A stretch of 64,000 bases of DNA from Isoptericola halotolerans (GTDB lineage: Bacteria; Actinomycetota; Actinomycetes; Actinomycetales; Cellulomonadaceae). Below, piece by piece: positions 1 to 8,927 of the stretch (the first letter of the stretch is position 1; the number at the start of each line of letters is the position of its first letter). The notes beneath the pieces were generated by a model. The model was not told the origin of the DNA. It saw nothing but the letters and a program-made list of their open reading frames with translations, and ran no database searches. The stretch lies in contig NZ_JABEZU010000002.1 in NCBI RefSeq assembly GCF_013149785.1, forward strand, positions 1 to 64,000. The letters run 5' to 3'. A program made the position numbers and the translations under genes.

Positions 1-86
1 TCCCATACCGAACCCGGAAGCTCAGCCCTTCAGCGCCGATGGTACTGCCCTGGAGACGGGGTGGGAGAGTAGGACGCCGCCGGACA
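1..86 (+). rRNA. rrf: 5S rRNA, 3' part (5' end outside the window)
   Basis: CCCATACCGAACCCGGAAG...CAGCGCCGATGGTACTGC...GTGGGAGAGTAGGACGCCGCCGGAC matches the conserved actinobacterial 5S sequence. Confidence 0.97.
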
Positions 87-94
87 CCCATTCA

Positions 95-140
95 CAGCCA
101 GGCCCCCCACACCACACGGTGCGGGGGGCCTGACTGCTTT
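95..140 (+). terminator. Intrinsic terminator of the rRNA operon
   Basis: CAGCCAGGCCCCCC...GGGGGGCCTGACTG stem followed by CTTT, directly after 5S. Confidence 0.8.
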
Positions 141-247
141 GGTGGAGGTCTTCGCTCGGACGCGATGGCCGGACGCGACGACTAGGATGCTTCGGACCGG
201 GCGACCTGCCCGATCGTGGAGGACGGCGAGGAGACGGGGCAGCAGCG

Positions 248-706
248 GTGAGGATCTCGGCCAAGGCTGACTATGCGGTGCGGGCGTCGGTCGAGCTCGC
301 CGCGGCGACGGACAGCTCGCCGGTCTCGGCGGAGGCGCTGGCTTCTGCCCAGGACGTCCCCCATCGCTTCCTCGAGGCCATCCTGCGTGACCTGCGGCGA
401 GAGGGCATCGTCGCCAGCCGCCGCGGGGCCGGCGGTGGGTACGTCCTCGCCCGAGCGGCGGACGCCGTGACGGTGGCCGACGTCGTGCGGGCGGTGGACG
501 GTCCGCTCGTCTACGTCCGGGATCAGCGCCCGTCCGATCTCGACTACTCGGGCTCGGCTGCGTCCCTCCTGCACGTGTGGGTGGCCCTGCGAGCGAACGT
601 CCGCGCGGTGCTGGAGCAGGTCACTCTCGCGGACCTGGCCGGCGGCAGCGTGCCGGACGAGGTCCGAGCGTTGGTCTCCGACGACGAGGCGTGGGAGAAC
701 CCCTGA
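248..706 (+). CDS. Rrf2-family transcriptional regulator (cysteine-free, CymR-like)
   Basis: MRISAKADYAVRA N-terminus, winged-helix SRRGAGGGYVLAR, VVRAVDG; no Fe-S Cys ligands. Confidence 0.92.
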   Translation: MRISAKADYAVRASVELAAATDSSPVSAEALASAQDVPHRFLEAILRDLRREGIVASRRGAGGGYVLARAADAVTVADVVRAVDGPLVYVRDQRPSDLDYSGSAASLLHVWVALRANVRAVLEQVTLADLAGGSVPDEVRALVSDDEAWENP

Positions 707-743
707 GGTGACGGATGCCTGAGACCGGTCGACGAGAAGGCTA

Positions 744-768
744 GTATCCGACTAAAACGATAGGGTAT
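744..768 (+). promoter_or_regulatory. Putative Rrf2 operator upstream of the TauE gene
   Basis: AT-rich imperfect palindrome GTATCCGACTAAAACGATAGGGTAT; 20/25 match by eye to the IscR type-1 consensus ATASYYGACTRWWWYAGTCRRSTAT. Confidence 0.65.
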
Positions 769-800
769 GTTGGCCACCTCGACCAACACCGGAGGTTCTC

Positions 801-1718
801 GTGAAGACGCTCGTTCTGCTCGCCCTCGTCGGGCTGGGTGCCCAGCTCGTCGACGGCAGTCTCGGCATGGCCTACGGGGTGACGTCCACGACGCTCCTGC
901 TGATGATCGGCACCAACCCGGCCGCGGCGTCGGCCACGGTGCACCTCGCCGAGATCGGGACGACCCTGGCGTCCGGCGCCGCGCACTGGCGTTTCGGGAA
1001 CGTCGACTGGCGGGTGGTCGCAAGGATCGGTGTGCCCGGTGCCGTCGGTGCGTTCGCTGGTGCGACATTCCTCTCCTGGCTCTCGACCGAGGTCGCGGGG
1101 CCGCTGATGTCCGTGCTGCTGCTCGGCCTGGGACTGTACGTCCTGGTGCGGTTCACCTTCCGCGGGCTGCGGACCGACCGGCTCGGCCAGCCGCTGCGCA
1201 AGCGGTTCCTGACCCCGCTCGGCCTCGTCGCAGGCTTCATGGACGCCACGGGGGGCGGGGGCTGGGGCCCGGTCGGGACGCCGGCGATCCTGGCGAGCGG
1301 TCGACTCGAGCCGCGCAAGGTGATCGGGTCGATCGACACCAGCGAGTTCTTCGTCGCGGTCGCGGCGAGCCTCGGATTTCTTGTCGGGCTGGGCTCCGCC
1401 GGCGTCAACCTGGCATGGGCCGGCGCGCTGCTCGTCGGCGGCCTGATCGCGGCGCCGATCGCCGCCTGGATCGTCCGGCTCGTGCCTCCGCGCGTGCTCG
1501 GCTCCGCGGTCGGTGGGTTCATCGTCCTGATCAACACGCGCACCCTGCTCGGCACCGACCTGGTCTCGCTCGGCGCGACCGGCAGCGCGGTCGTCTACGC
1601 CCTGCTGGTCACGGTGTGGCTCGCGGCCATCGCCTACTCGGTGCGCGCGCTGCGCCGGGAGCGGGCCGCCGTCGCCGCGGCGGACGGCCCGACGGCCGTG
1701 AACGCTCCCGTCGCCTGA
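801..1718 (+). CDS. Sulfite exporter TauE/SafE family membrane protein
   Basis: AQLVDGSLGMAYG and DATGGGGWGP motifs, about 8 hydrophobic helices, GGAGG RBS. Confidence 0.9.
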   Translation: MKTLVLLALVGLGAQLVDGSLGMAYGVTSTTLLLMIGTNPAAASATVHLAEIGTTLASGAAHWRFGNVDWRVVARIGVPGAVGAFAGATFLSWLSTEVAGPLMSVLLLGLGLYVLVRFTFRGLRTDRLGQPLRKRFLTPLGLVAGFMDATGGGGWGPVGTPAILASGRLEPRKVIGSIDTSEFFVAVAASLGFLVGLGSAGVNLAWAGALLVGGLIAAPIAAWIVRLVPPRVLGSAVGGFIVLINTRTLLGTDLVSLGATGSAVVYALLVTVWLAAIAYSVRALRRERAAVAAADGPTAVNAPVA

Positions 1719-1808
1719 CCGGGTTCCGGTGGCAGTTCGGGCAGGCGGGAGTACGGTGGGCCGCACACCAGTCCTGCCGGGCGTCGCCCGGGAACCGGGG
1801 GAGTCGTC

Positions 1809-2537
1809 ATGAGCGGGTCGTCGTCGCGCCGCACCACCGGGGGCATCGGTCTGTCCGGCGCGGCGGAGGCCCTCGCTGCCGGCGTCCAGCTCGTCGTGGG
1901 CAGCTACCGGGTCGAGATCGCCTCGGGTCGCACCTGGTGGTCGGACGAGGTGTATCGCATGCACGGCCGGGAGCCGGGTGAGATCGAGCCGACCGTGGAC
2001 GTCGTGCGGTCGCAGACCCACCCGGACGACCGGGCGCGCCTGTCCCGGACGGCCGTCGTCGCGCTGCGAGCAGGGCGCCCGTTCAGCAGCGCGCACCGCA
2101 TCGTCGACCCGCACGGGAAGGCGCGCACCGTCGTGGTGACAGGGCAGGCACGGCACGACGACGACGGCGCGGTGACCCACGTCGTGGGCTACGTGCTCGA
2201 CGTCAGCCCTGTCACCCGCGAAGCGCTGGACCGCGAGTCCCACCGTGCCGTCGGCCGGGCCATGGTGTCCGCCGCGGCCGTCGAGCAGGCCAAGGGTGCG
2301 TTCATGGCGGTGCACGGCCTGCCCGAGGACGAGGCAGGCGACCAGCTCGGTGAGGTCGCCGCACGGGCCGGCATCCCCGTCCAGGCGGCGGCCGCACAGA
2401 TCGTGGCCGCGATGAAGGCGTCAGACGTCGAGCCGCACGAACGCCTCGCGACCGCGCTGGGCGCCGTGCACCCCGTCGACCGTCCTCACGGGCACGAGGC
2501 GCAGCTTGCCCGACGGCGCCAGCGCGGTCGGGGCTGA
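1809..2537 (+). CDS. PAS + ANTAR domain protein
   Basis: PAS_3 signature WWSDEVYRMHG...HPDD...HRIV; ANTAR signature AAVEQAKGAFMAVHG. Confidence 0.85.
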   Translation: MSGSSSRRTTGGIGLSGAAEALAAGVQLVVGSYRVEIASGRTWWSDEVYRMHGREPGEIEPTVDVVRSQTHPDDRARLSRTAVVALRAGRPFSSAHRIVDPHGKARTVVVTGQARHDDDGAVTHVVGYVLDVSPVTREALDRESHRAVGRAMVSAAAVEQAKGAFMAVHGLPEDEAGDQLGEVAARAGIPVQAAAAQIVAAMKASDVEPHERLATALGAVHPVDRPHGHEAQLARRRQRGRG

Positions 2538-2566
2538 ACGCCTGCCGAGGAGCAGCGCCGTCGTCC

Positions 2567-2857
2567 CTAGGTGACCGAGATGCTCCTGGCGCGGCGGTCC
2601 ACGGCCTTCGTGACCCCCTGGCGGGCCAGACGGCGCGCGAGCACGGCGACCCCCCCGGTGACCGCGGCGAACGTGATCGCCTGCACGATCGGGATGTCGT
2701 CCGCGTCCAGGTCGATGGGGGCGTCGTGGCCGGTGGCCTTCTCCCACACGATCTTGATGAGCTTCTGTGCGACCCACCCCGCCGCGAACGTCGCGGCGAC
2801 GGTGCCGATCTTGACGCCCAGCGAGGGCTCGGACAGCTCGGACAGCTCGGACTCCAC
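2567..2857 (-). CDS. Small membrane protein, DUF4235-like
   Basis: GTG at 2857 with GGAGG RBS; AGWVAQKLIKIVWEKATGHDAP...AITFAAVTG pattern. Confidence 0.75.
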   Translation of the reverse strand: MESELSELSEPSLGVKIGTVAATFAAGWVAQKLIKIVWEKATGHDAPIDLDADDIPIVQAITFAAVTGGVAVLARRLARQGVTKAVDRRARSISVT

Positions 2858-2945
2858 AGATCCTCCAGTACTGGCGGCGGCGTCGGGACGTCCGCCCGAC
2901 GGACTGCACCACCGTAGCGTGCGCGGGGTGTGTAGGCTCGGGGGG

Positions 2946-3036
2946 AACGACAGGGGAGCGCCAGCGAGCGCTGAGAGTGCGGATTCCCGCAGACCCTCGA
3001 ACCTGATCCGGCTAGCACCGGTGGAGGAAGTCGGGC
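2946..3036 (+). ncRNA. TPP riboswitch (THI element)
   Basis: GGGGAGC...GCTGAGAG...GACCCTCGAACCTGATCCGG...CCGG.GGAGGAAG core, upstream of a thiamine transporter. Confidence 0.95.
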
Positions 3037-3101
3037 TTCTCGATCCCGTCGACCGTGGCAGCGGACGACGGACCCCCTTCAGATCCGTCTGAGGAGGACG
3101 C

Positions 3102-4193
3102 ATGACCATCCGTACCCGCCGCACCCTGGCGACCCTCGCCGTCGTCGGGCTCGTCCCCGCTCTCGCCGCCTGCACGGGGAGCGAGGCACCCGGCGAGGAG
3201 GGGAACACGCCGGTGCCGCCGGGGTCGGCCGAGCTGTCCGGGACGGTCACGCTGGTCACCCACGACTCCTTCGCGCTGAGCGACGGCCTGCTCGAGTCCT
3301 TCGAGGCCGACACCGGCCTGGAGGTGCAGCACGTGGCCGCCGGCGACGCGGGCACGCTGGTCAACCAGCTGGTCCTCACGCAGGACAGCCCGCTGGGCGA
3401 TGTCGTCTACGGGGTGGACAACACGTTCGCCTCCCGGGCCGCGCAGGCCGGGGTGTTCGAGCCCTACGCACCGGGCGACCTCGACCCGTCCGTGGCGGAC
3501 CAGGTCGAGCCGGGTCTGGAGGGCCTCACCCCGATCGACCGGGGTGACGTCTGCCTCAACGTCGACACGGCGTGGTTCGAGGACGCCGACCTCGAGCCGC
3601 CGGCCGGCCTCGAGGACCTCATCGACCCGGCCTACGCGGACCTGACGGTGGTGACGAACCCGGCGACGTCGTCGCCCGGTTTCGCGTTCCTCCTGGCCAC
3701 GATCAGCGCCTTCGGCGAGGACGGTTGGCAGGACTGGTGGGCCGAGCTCGCCGACAACGGCCTGCGGGTCACCGACGGCTGGTCGGACGCGTACTACGTG
3801 GACTTCTCCGGCGCCGGAGAGGGCGGTGAGCGACCCGTCGTGCTGTCGTACGCCACGTCACCGGCCTTCACGGTCACCGAGGACGGCAGCGAGTCGACGA
3901 CGGCGGCGCTGCTGGACACCTGCTTCCGCCAGGTCGAGTACGCCGGTGTCCTCGCCGGCACCGACAACCCAGACGGGGCTCGGGCGCTGGTGGACTTCCT
4001 CGCCTCGGCCGAGGTCCAGGCCGACATCCCGGAGAACATGTACATGTACCCGGCGGACGAGTCCGTCGAGCTGCCGGCCGAGTGGGAGCAGTTCGCCCCG
4101 CTGGCCGACGAGCCGTACGACGTCCCGGCGCCGGAGATCGCCGAGCACCGTGACGAGTGGATCGAGCAGTGGACGGCCACGGTCATCGGGTGA
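3102..4193 (+). CDS. thiB: Thiamine ABC transporter substrate-binding lipoprotein
   Basis: Lipobox LAAC; THDSF, GVDNT, PATSSPG, VLSYATSP, CFRQVEYAG motifs; TPP riboswitch upstream. Confidence 0.93.
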   Translation: MTIRTRRTLATLAVVGLVPALAACTGSEAPGEEGNTPVPPGSAELSGTVTLVTHDSFALSDGLLESFEADTGLEVQHVAAGDAGTLVNQLVLTQDSPLGDVVYGVDNTFASRAAQAGVFEPYAPGDLDPSVADQVEPGLEGLTPIDRGDVCLNVDTAWFEDADLEPPAGLEDLIDPAYADLTVVTNPATSSPGFAFLLATISAFGEDGWQDWWAELADNGLRVTDGWSDAYYVDFSGAGEGGERPVVLSYATSPAFTVTEDGSESTTAALLDTCFRQVEYAGVLAGTDNPDGARALVDFLASAEVQADIPENMYMYPADESVELPAEWEQFAPLADEPYDVPAPEIAEHRDEWIEQWTATVIG

Positions 4194-4468
4194 GCCGGAG
4201 GCGACGCGAGGGTGAGGGGCGCAGCGGAGCGAGCCACTCGCCCGCAGCGGAGCCGCAGGGTCACCCGACACCAGCCTCGGTGAGCCGGAGGCGACGCGAG
4301 GGTGAGGGGCGCAGCGGAGCGAGCCACTCGCCCGCAGCGGAGCCGCAGGGTCACCTGACGCCAGCCTCGGTGAGCCGGAGGCGACGCGAGGGTGAGGGGC
4401 GCAGCGGAGCGAGCCACTCGCCCGCAGCGGAGCCGCAGGGTCACCTGACGCCAGCCTCGGTGAGCCGG
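4190..4468 (+). repeat. Three tandem 90-bp units at the thiB/thiP junction (MIRU-like)
   Basis: GTGAGCCGG starts at 4190, 4280, 4370 and 4460; copy 1 differs from copies 2 and 3 at two positions. Confidence 0.97.
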
Positions 4469-6160
4469 GGCCCCCGGCCGCGGTGGGGAGGGCCTGCCTG
4501 GGGTGCCGCCGTCGCGGTGCCGCTGGTCTTCCTCGCCGTCTTCTTCGCCTGGCCGGTGGTGGCCCTGGTGGTCCAGGGCTTCTTCGCCGACGACGGCGCG
4601 GGCGGGCGCGCGCTCGACCTCTCCGGTTTCGCGGAGGTCCTGGGCCAGCCCCGCACGTGGCGGGTGGTCGGCCAGACGCTCGCCCAGGCGAGCGTGGGCA
4701 CGGTCCTCAGCGTGCTGCTCGGCCTGCCGGGTGCCTACCTGCTGTACAGATGTCGGTTCCCTGGTCGTACCTTGGCGCGCGGGCTGGTGACGGTGCCGTT
4801 CGTGCTGCCCACCGTCGTCGTCGGTGTCGCGTTCCGCAACCTGTTCACCCCGTCCGGTCCGCTCGGCTGGCTCGGGTGGGAGGAGAGCTTCGCGGGCGTC
4901 GTGGTCGCGTTGGTCTTCTTCAACTATGCGGTGGTGGTGCGCACGGTGGGCGGGCTGTGGGAGCGGCTCGACCCACGGGCCGAGCAGGCGGCGCGGGCGC
5001 TGGGGGCGACGCCGTGGCGGGCCTTCCGCACGGTGACGCTGCCCGCGCTGGGACCGGCGATCGCCTCCGCGGCGTCCGTGGTGTTCCTGTTCTGCTCGAC
5101 GGCCTTCGGCGTCGTCCTCGTGCTCGGCGGGATGCGGTACGGCACCATCGAGACGGAGATCTGGATCCGCACCACGCAGTTCCTCGACCTGCGCGCCGCC
5201 GCGGTGCTCAGCGTGCTGCAGCTCGTCGTGGTGGTCGCGGCGCTGCTGGTCAGCGCCCGCCTGCGCACCCGGCGGGAACGTGCGCTGCACCTGACCTCCG
5301 AGCGTTCCGGTGCGCACCTGCTGGACCTGCGGACCGCCCGCGACGCGGTGCCCGCCGCGGTGACCGTCGCCGTCGTCGTCGGGTTGGTGGTCTTCCCGCT
5401 CGCCGGGCTCGTGGCCCGGTCGTTCCGGGGGCCCGACGGTGGCTGGTCGTTCGCGAACTACGCCGCGCTCGGGACCACGGGCGGGCGCAACGCCCTCAGC
5501 GTGACGGTGTGGGAGGCGACCGCGAACTCCCTGCGGATCGCTGCGACCGCGACGCTGATCGCCGTGGTGGTCGGAGGGCTCGTGGTGCTGGTGGTCTCGC
5601 GGCGGCCGCGTGCGCCGGGCCTGCGGCGGGCCGTCGCCGGGCTGGACGCGGTGTTCATGCTGCCGCTCGGGGTGTCCGCCGTGACCGTCGGATTCGGGTT
5701 CCTCATCACGCTCGACCGCCCGCTGGGCTTCGACGTCGACCTGCGCACCTCCGGCCTGCTGGTGCCGATCGCCCAGGCGGTGGTGGCGATCCCGCTGGTG
5801 GTCCGCACCATGCTGCCCGTGCTCCGTGCGATCGACCCCCGGCTGCGGGAGGCGGCGGCCGTGCTCGGCGCGTCGCCCGGACGTGTCCTGGCGAGCGTGG
5901 ACCTGTCGTTGGCCGCACGGTCGCTGGGGCTGGCCGTCGGGTTCGCGTTCGCGGTGTCGCTCGGGGAGTTCGGCGCGACGTCGTTCCTCGCACGGCCCGA
6001 CGCGGCGACGCTGCCGGTGGTCATCTTCCGGCTCATCGGGCAGCCGGGGGCGGAGAACTACGGGATGGCGCTCGCGGCGTCCGTGGTGCTGGCCGTGCTC
6101 ACCGCGACGGTCATGATGGTGGCGGAACGGATGCGCGGAGACGTCGGAGGGGAGTTCTGA
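4190..6160 (+). CDS. thiP: Thiamine ABC transporter permease (start 4190 if the repeats are translated, otherwise 4460)
   Basis: Two EAA-type loops (EQAARALGA, REAAAVLGA), about 12 TM helices, GTGA overlap with thiB. Confidence 0.9.
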   Translation: MSRRRREGEGRSGASHSPAAEPQGHPTPASVSRRRREGEGRSGASHSPAAEPQGHLTPASVSRRRREGEGRSGASHSPAAEPQGHLTPASVSRGPRPRWGGPAWGAAVAVPLVFLAVFFAWPVVALVVQGFFADDGAGGRALDLSGFAEVLGQPRTWRVVGQTLAQASVGTVLSVLLGLPGAYLLYRCRFPGRTLARGLVTVPFVLPTVVVGVAFRNLFTPSGPLGWLGWEESFAGVVVALVFFNYAVVVRTVGGLWERLDPRAEQAARALGATPWRAFRTVTLPALGPAIASAASVVFLFCSTAFGVVLVLGGMRYGTIETEIWIRTTQFLDLRAAAVLSVLQLVVVVAALLVSARLRTRRERALHLTSERSGAHLLDLRTARDAVPAAVTVAVVVGLVVFPLAGLVARSFRGPDGGWSFANYAALGTTGGRNALSVTVWEATANSLRIAATATLIAVVVGGLVVLVVSRRPRAPGLRRAVAGLDAVFMLPLGVSAVTVGFGFLITLDRPLGFDVDLRTSGLLVPIAQAVVAIPLVVRTMLPVLRAIDPRLREAAAVLGASPGRVLASVDLSLAARSLGLAVGFAFAVSLGEFGATSFLARPDAATLPVVIFRLIGQPGAENYGMALAASVVLAVLTATVMMVAERMRGDVGGEF

Positions 6161-7167
6161 TGGGCGGGCCACGGGGCCTCGAGGTGCGCGACGTCGTCGT
6201 GCGCTACGGGCAGCGGCGCGGACGGACCGGCACGACGGCGGTCGACGGCGTCTCGCTCGACGTCGCCGCCGGGGAGGTGCTCGCCCTCCTGGGCCCGAGC
6301 GGGTGCGGGAAGTCCTCGCTGCTGCGGGCCGTGGCGGGCCTGGAACCCGTGGCGGGCGGCGCCGTCACCTTCGACGGGTCCGACCTGGACGGCGTCCCCG
6401 TGCACCGGCGCGGCTTCGGGCTGCTCTTCCAGGACGGGCAGCTGTTCCCGCACCGGGACGTCGCCGGGAACGTGGGCTACGGGCTGGCCGACCGCCCGCG
6501 GGCCGAGCGCACCGAGCGGGTGACCGAGCTCCTGTCGCTCGTCGGGCTGGACGGGTTCGGTGCGCGCCCGGTGGCCGAGCTGTCCGGCGGGGAGAAGCAG
6601 CGGGTGGCGCTGGCCCGGTCCCTGGCACCGCGGCCCCGGCTGCTGCTCCTCGACGAGCCGCTCTCCGCCCTGGACCGGGGGCTGCGCGAACGGCTCGCCG
6701 TCGAGATCCGCGCCGTGCTGCACGCCACGGGGACCACTGCGGTGTTCGTCACTCACGACCACGACGAGGCCTTCACCGTGGCCGACCGGGTCGCCGTGAT
6801 GTCCGCGGGCCGGCTGCTGCAGGTTGCGCCGCCGGAGGAGCTGTGGCGTGCACCGGCCTCGCGCACGGTCGCCGAGTTCCTCGGGTACCAGGCGTTCGTC
6901 CCTGCCCCTGACGGGCTGCTCGCCGTCGGGCCGGCCGGTCTGCGGGTGGAGCCGGGCGCGGCGATCGACGACGGTGGCGAACAGAGATGGCCCGCCGTCG
7001 TCGTCGCCACCACGTTCCGACGCGGTCGCAGCGAGGTGACGGTGGACGTCGACCTCGGTGCGGGCGAGCAGCGACTCGTGGCGCTCGCTGACGGCTCGGT
7101 GCCGGCGGTGGACGACAAGGTCGCCGTGGTGCTGGACCGGCGCGGCTGTGCCGTCGTCCCGGCCTGA
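6160..7167 (+). CDS. thiQ: Thiamine ABC transporter ATP-binding protein
   Basis: Walker A GPSGCGKS, signature LSGGEKQR, Walker B LLLLDEP; TGATG overlap with thiP. Confidence 0.9.
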   Translation: MGGPRGLEVRDVVVRYGQRRGRTGTTAVDGVSLDVAAGEVLALLGPSGCGKSSLLRAVAGLEPVAGGAVTFDGSDLDGVPVHRRGFGLLFQDGQLFPHRDVAGNVGYGLADRPRAERTERVTELLSLVGLDGFGARPVAELSGGEKQRVALARSLAPRPRLLLLDEPLSALDRGLRERLAVEIRAVLHATGTTAVFVTHDHDEAFTVADRVAVMSAGRLLQVAPPEELWRAPASRTVAEFLGYQAFVPAPDGLLAVGPAGLRVEPGAAIDDGGEQRWPAVVVATTFRRGRSEVTVDVDLGAGEQRLVALADGSVPAVDDKVAVVLDRRGCAVVPA

Positions 7168-7192
7168 GGGGCGTGGCCGGGAGGTCGAGGAG

Positions 7193-8800
7193 TCAGGCAC
7201 CCTCGGAGCGGTCGCGGGATGCGAGCAGACCCAGGTGCTCGGCGCGCGCGATCGCGTCGGCCCGGCTCGAGGCACCGAGCTTGGCGTACAGGCTGCTGCT
7301 CTGGCTGCGCACCGTGTGGACCGAGACGCCCAGTCGGTCGGCGACGGCGGACAGCGTGCCGCCGTCGACGAGCTCGTGCAGGACGACGGTCTCGCGTCGC
7401 GTGAGACGGACCAGCGGCAGCGGACGGTGGTTGCCGTCGAGGTCGGGCAGGGTGTCCTCGGGCGCGAGCGCGCCGAGGTCGGCCAGGGCGACGCGGTCCT
7501 CCAGCGGCACCGAGACCAGCGTGCTCCGCATCGAGGTGCCGAGGCGGCGTGCGGCGGCACCCGACTCCCGGGCGGCGTCGGCGTCCCCGAGCCGGTGCTG
7601 CGCGGCGGCGAGCACGAGCCGGAGCCCGACGGCGTCGCGCGGTGAGGTCGCCGGGTCGCGGATCGCGCGGGCGGCGATGCGGCCGGCCTCGCGCGCGTCG
7701 TCGGCGCGCAGGTAGACCTGCGCCACCGGCAGGGACAGGTCGGCGGGCACCGCCTGGGCGAGGTGCAGCACCTGCGAGCCCTCGCCGGCCTGGGTGAGGA
7801 GGTCCGCCCGGGCCCGGACGACGACGTGCCCGCCCGGCGCGTAGCGGTCTGCCCGGGCCCCGTGGGCGAAGCACGCCTCGTCGAGCTGGAGCAGCCCCTT
7901 GAGCGGGTCGCCGAAGAGCCGGGCGTGCTCGGCACGGACCGCCGCGAGGAACGGCCACAGCTCCCCGGCGTCCGCCGTGTCGCCGGCCTCGGTCAGCCAT
8001 CGTTCGGCGCCGACCCGGTCCAGGGCGTCGAGCGCCGTGCGTGCCCGGGCGACTCGCGCCGGCAGGGTGAGCGCGGGCCGCAGGGCACCGGGCACCTCGC
8101 CGAGCTCTTCGTGGCGCCGCAACCACGTCTGCGCCAGGTCGGGATGGCCGCGGAATGTCGCGAGCATCGCCAGCACGGCGGCTGCCTCGGCACCTGCGAA
8201 GTGCTGGAACGGGCCAGGGCCGGACTCAGCGTACGAGCGACTCAGGTGGTTGACGGCGATCTCCGGCGTCCCCGCCAGGACGGCGGTCACGCCCTGCTGG
8301 AGCTCGAGCAGTCCTGGACGCGTGGAGGTCCTGGACGCGTTCCACGGCCCCGGGGCCGGAGCGTCGGTCTCGAGGTGCCGCGCCACCTTCTCCGCGAGGC
8401 GCTGGGCCTCGGCGTGGGCACCGTGCATGCGGGCGGACACCACCGCGCAGACGCCCGCCGCGAGCACGTCGGCCCGCTCCCGGAAGCTCCGCGCCGTGCG
8501 TGCGTACCGCCTGCCGTGCGTGACGACGGCCTGCTTGACCACGGGCAGAGCGGCGGTGTGCTCCCCGTGCTCCACCTGATGGGCGACCAGACCGGCGAGC
8601 AGGAGCCGTGGGCGAGCCTCGACCACGGTGTCGGGCAGGTCGGCCAGCAGACCGAGCAGCTCGGGTGCGTAGGCAGCGGGCAGGTGGTGCCACAGCCGGT
8701 CGGACAGGGTCGCGAGCGTGTCCAGGTCCCGGCCTGCGATCGCGGTGCGGACCTGCTCGTCGCACTCGGGGTCGATCGGGGAACGGGCGTCCAGGTCCAT
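7193..8800 (-). CDS. LuxR-family regulator (helical N-terminal region + C-terminal HTH)
   Basis: C-terminal LTRRETVVL...VADRLGVSVHTVRSQSSSLYAKLG. Confidence 0.88.
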   Translation of the reverse strand: MDLDARSPIDPECDEQVRTAIAGRDLDTLATLSDRLWHHLPAAYAPELLGLLADLPDTVVEARPRLLLAGLVAHQVEHGEHTAALPVVKQAVVTHGRRYARTARSFRERADVLAAGVCAVVSARMHGAHAEAQRLAEKVARHLETDAPAPGPWNASRTSTRPGLLELQQGVTAVLAGTPEIAVNHLSRSYAESGPGPFQHFAGAEAAAVLAMLATFRGHPDLAQTWLRRHEELGEVPGALRPALTLPARVARARTALDALDRVGAERWLTEAGDTADAGELWPFLAAVRAEHARLFGDPLKGLLQLDEACFAHGARADRYAPGGHVVVRARADLLTQAGEGSQVLHLAQAVPADLSLPVAQVYLRADDAREAGRIAARAIRDPATSPRDAVGLRLVLAAAQHRLGDADAARESGAAARRLGTSMRSTLVSVPLEDRVALADLGALAPEDTLPDLDGNHRPLPLVRLTRRETVVLHELVDGGTLSAVADRLGVSVHTVRSQSSSLYAKLGASSRADAIARAEHLGLLASRDRSEGA

Positions 8801-8927
8801 GGGAACAAGTCAAGCCGGGCGCGGGCGGCGTCGAGCCGCCGCCGAGGATGAGACACGGTATGAAATCGGTCCACGCCCTTCGGCGCTGTGACCTGCGGAG
8901 GTGCCCGCCCGTCGATAACATCATCGG

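Noticed and set aside
2828..2852. CTCGGACAG short tandem repeat
   Set aside because: In-frame 9-bp microrepeat encoding SEL units; trivial.
4190..4468. Tandem repeats as a CRISPR array
   Set aside because: No unique spacers and no cas genes; units are contiguous.
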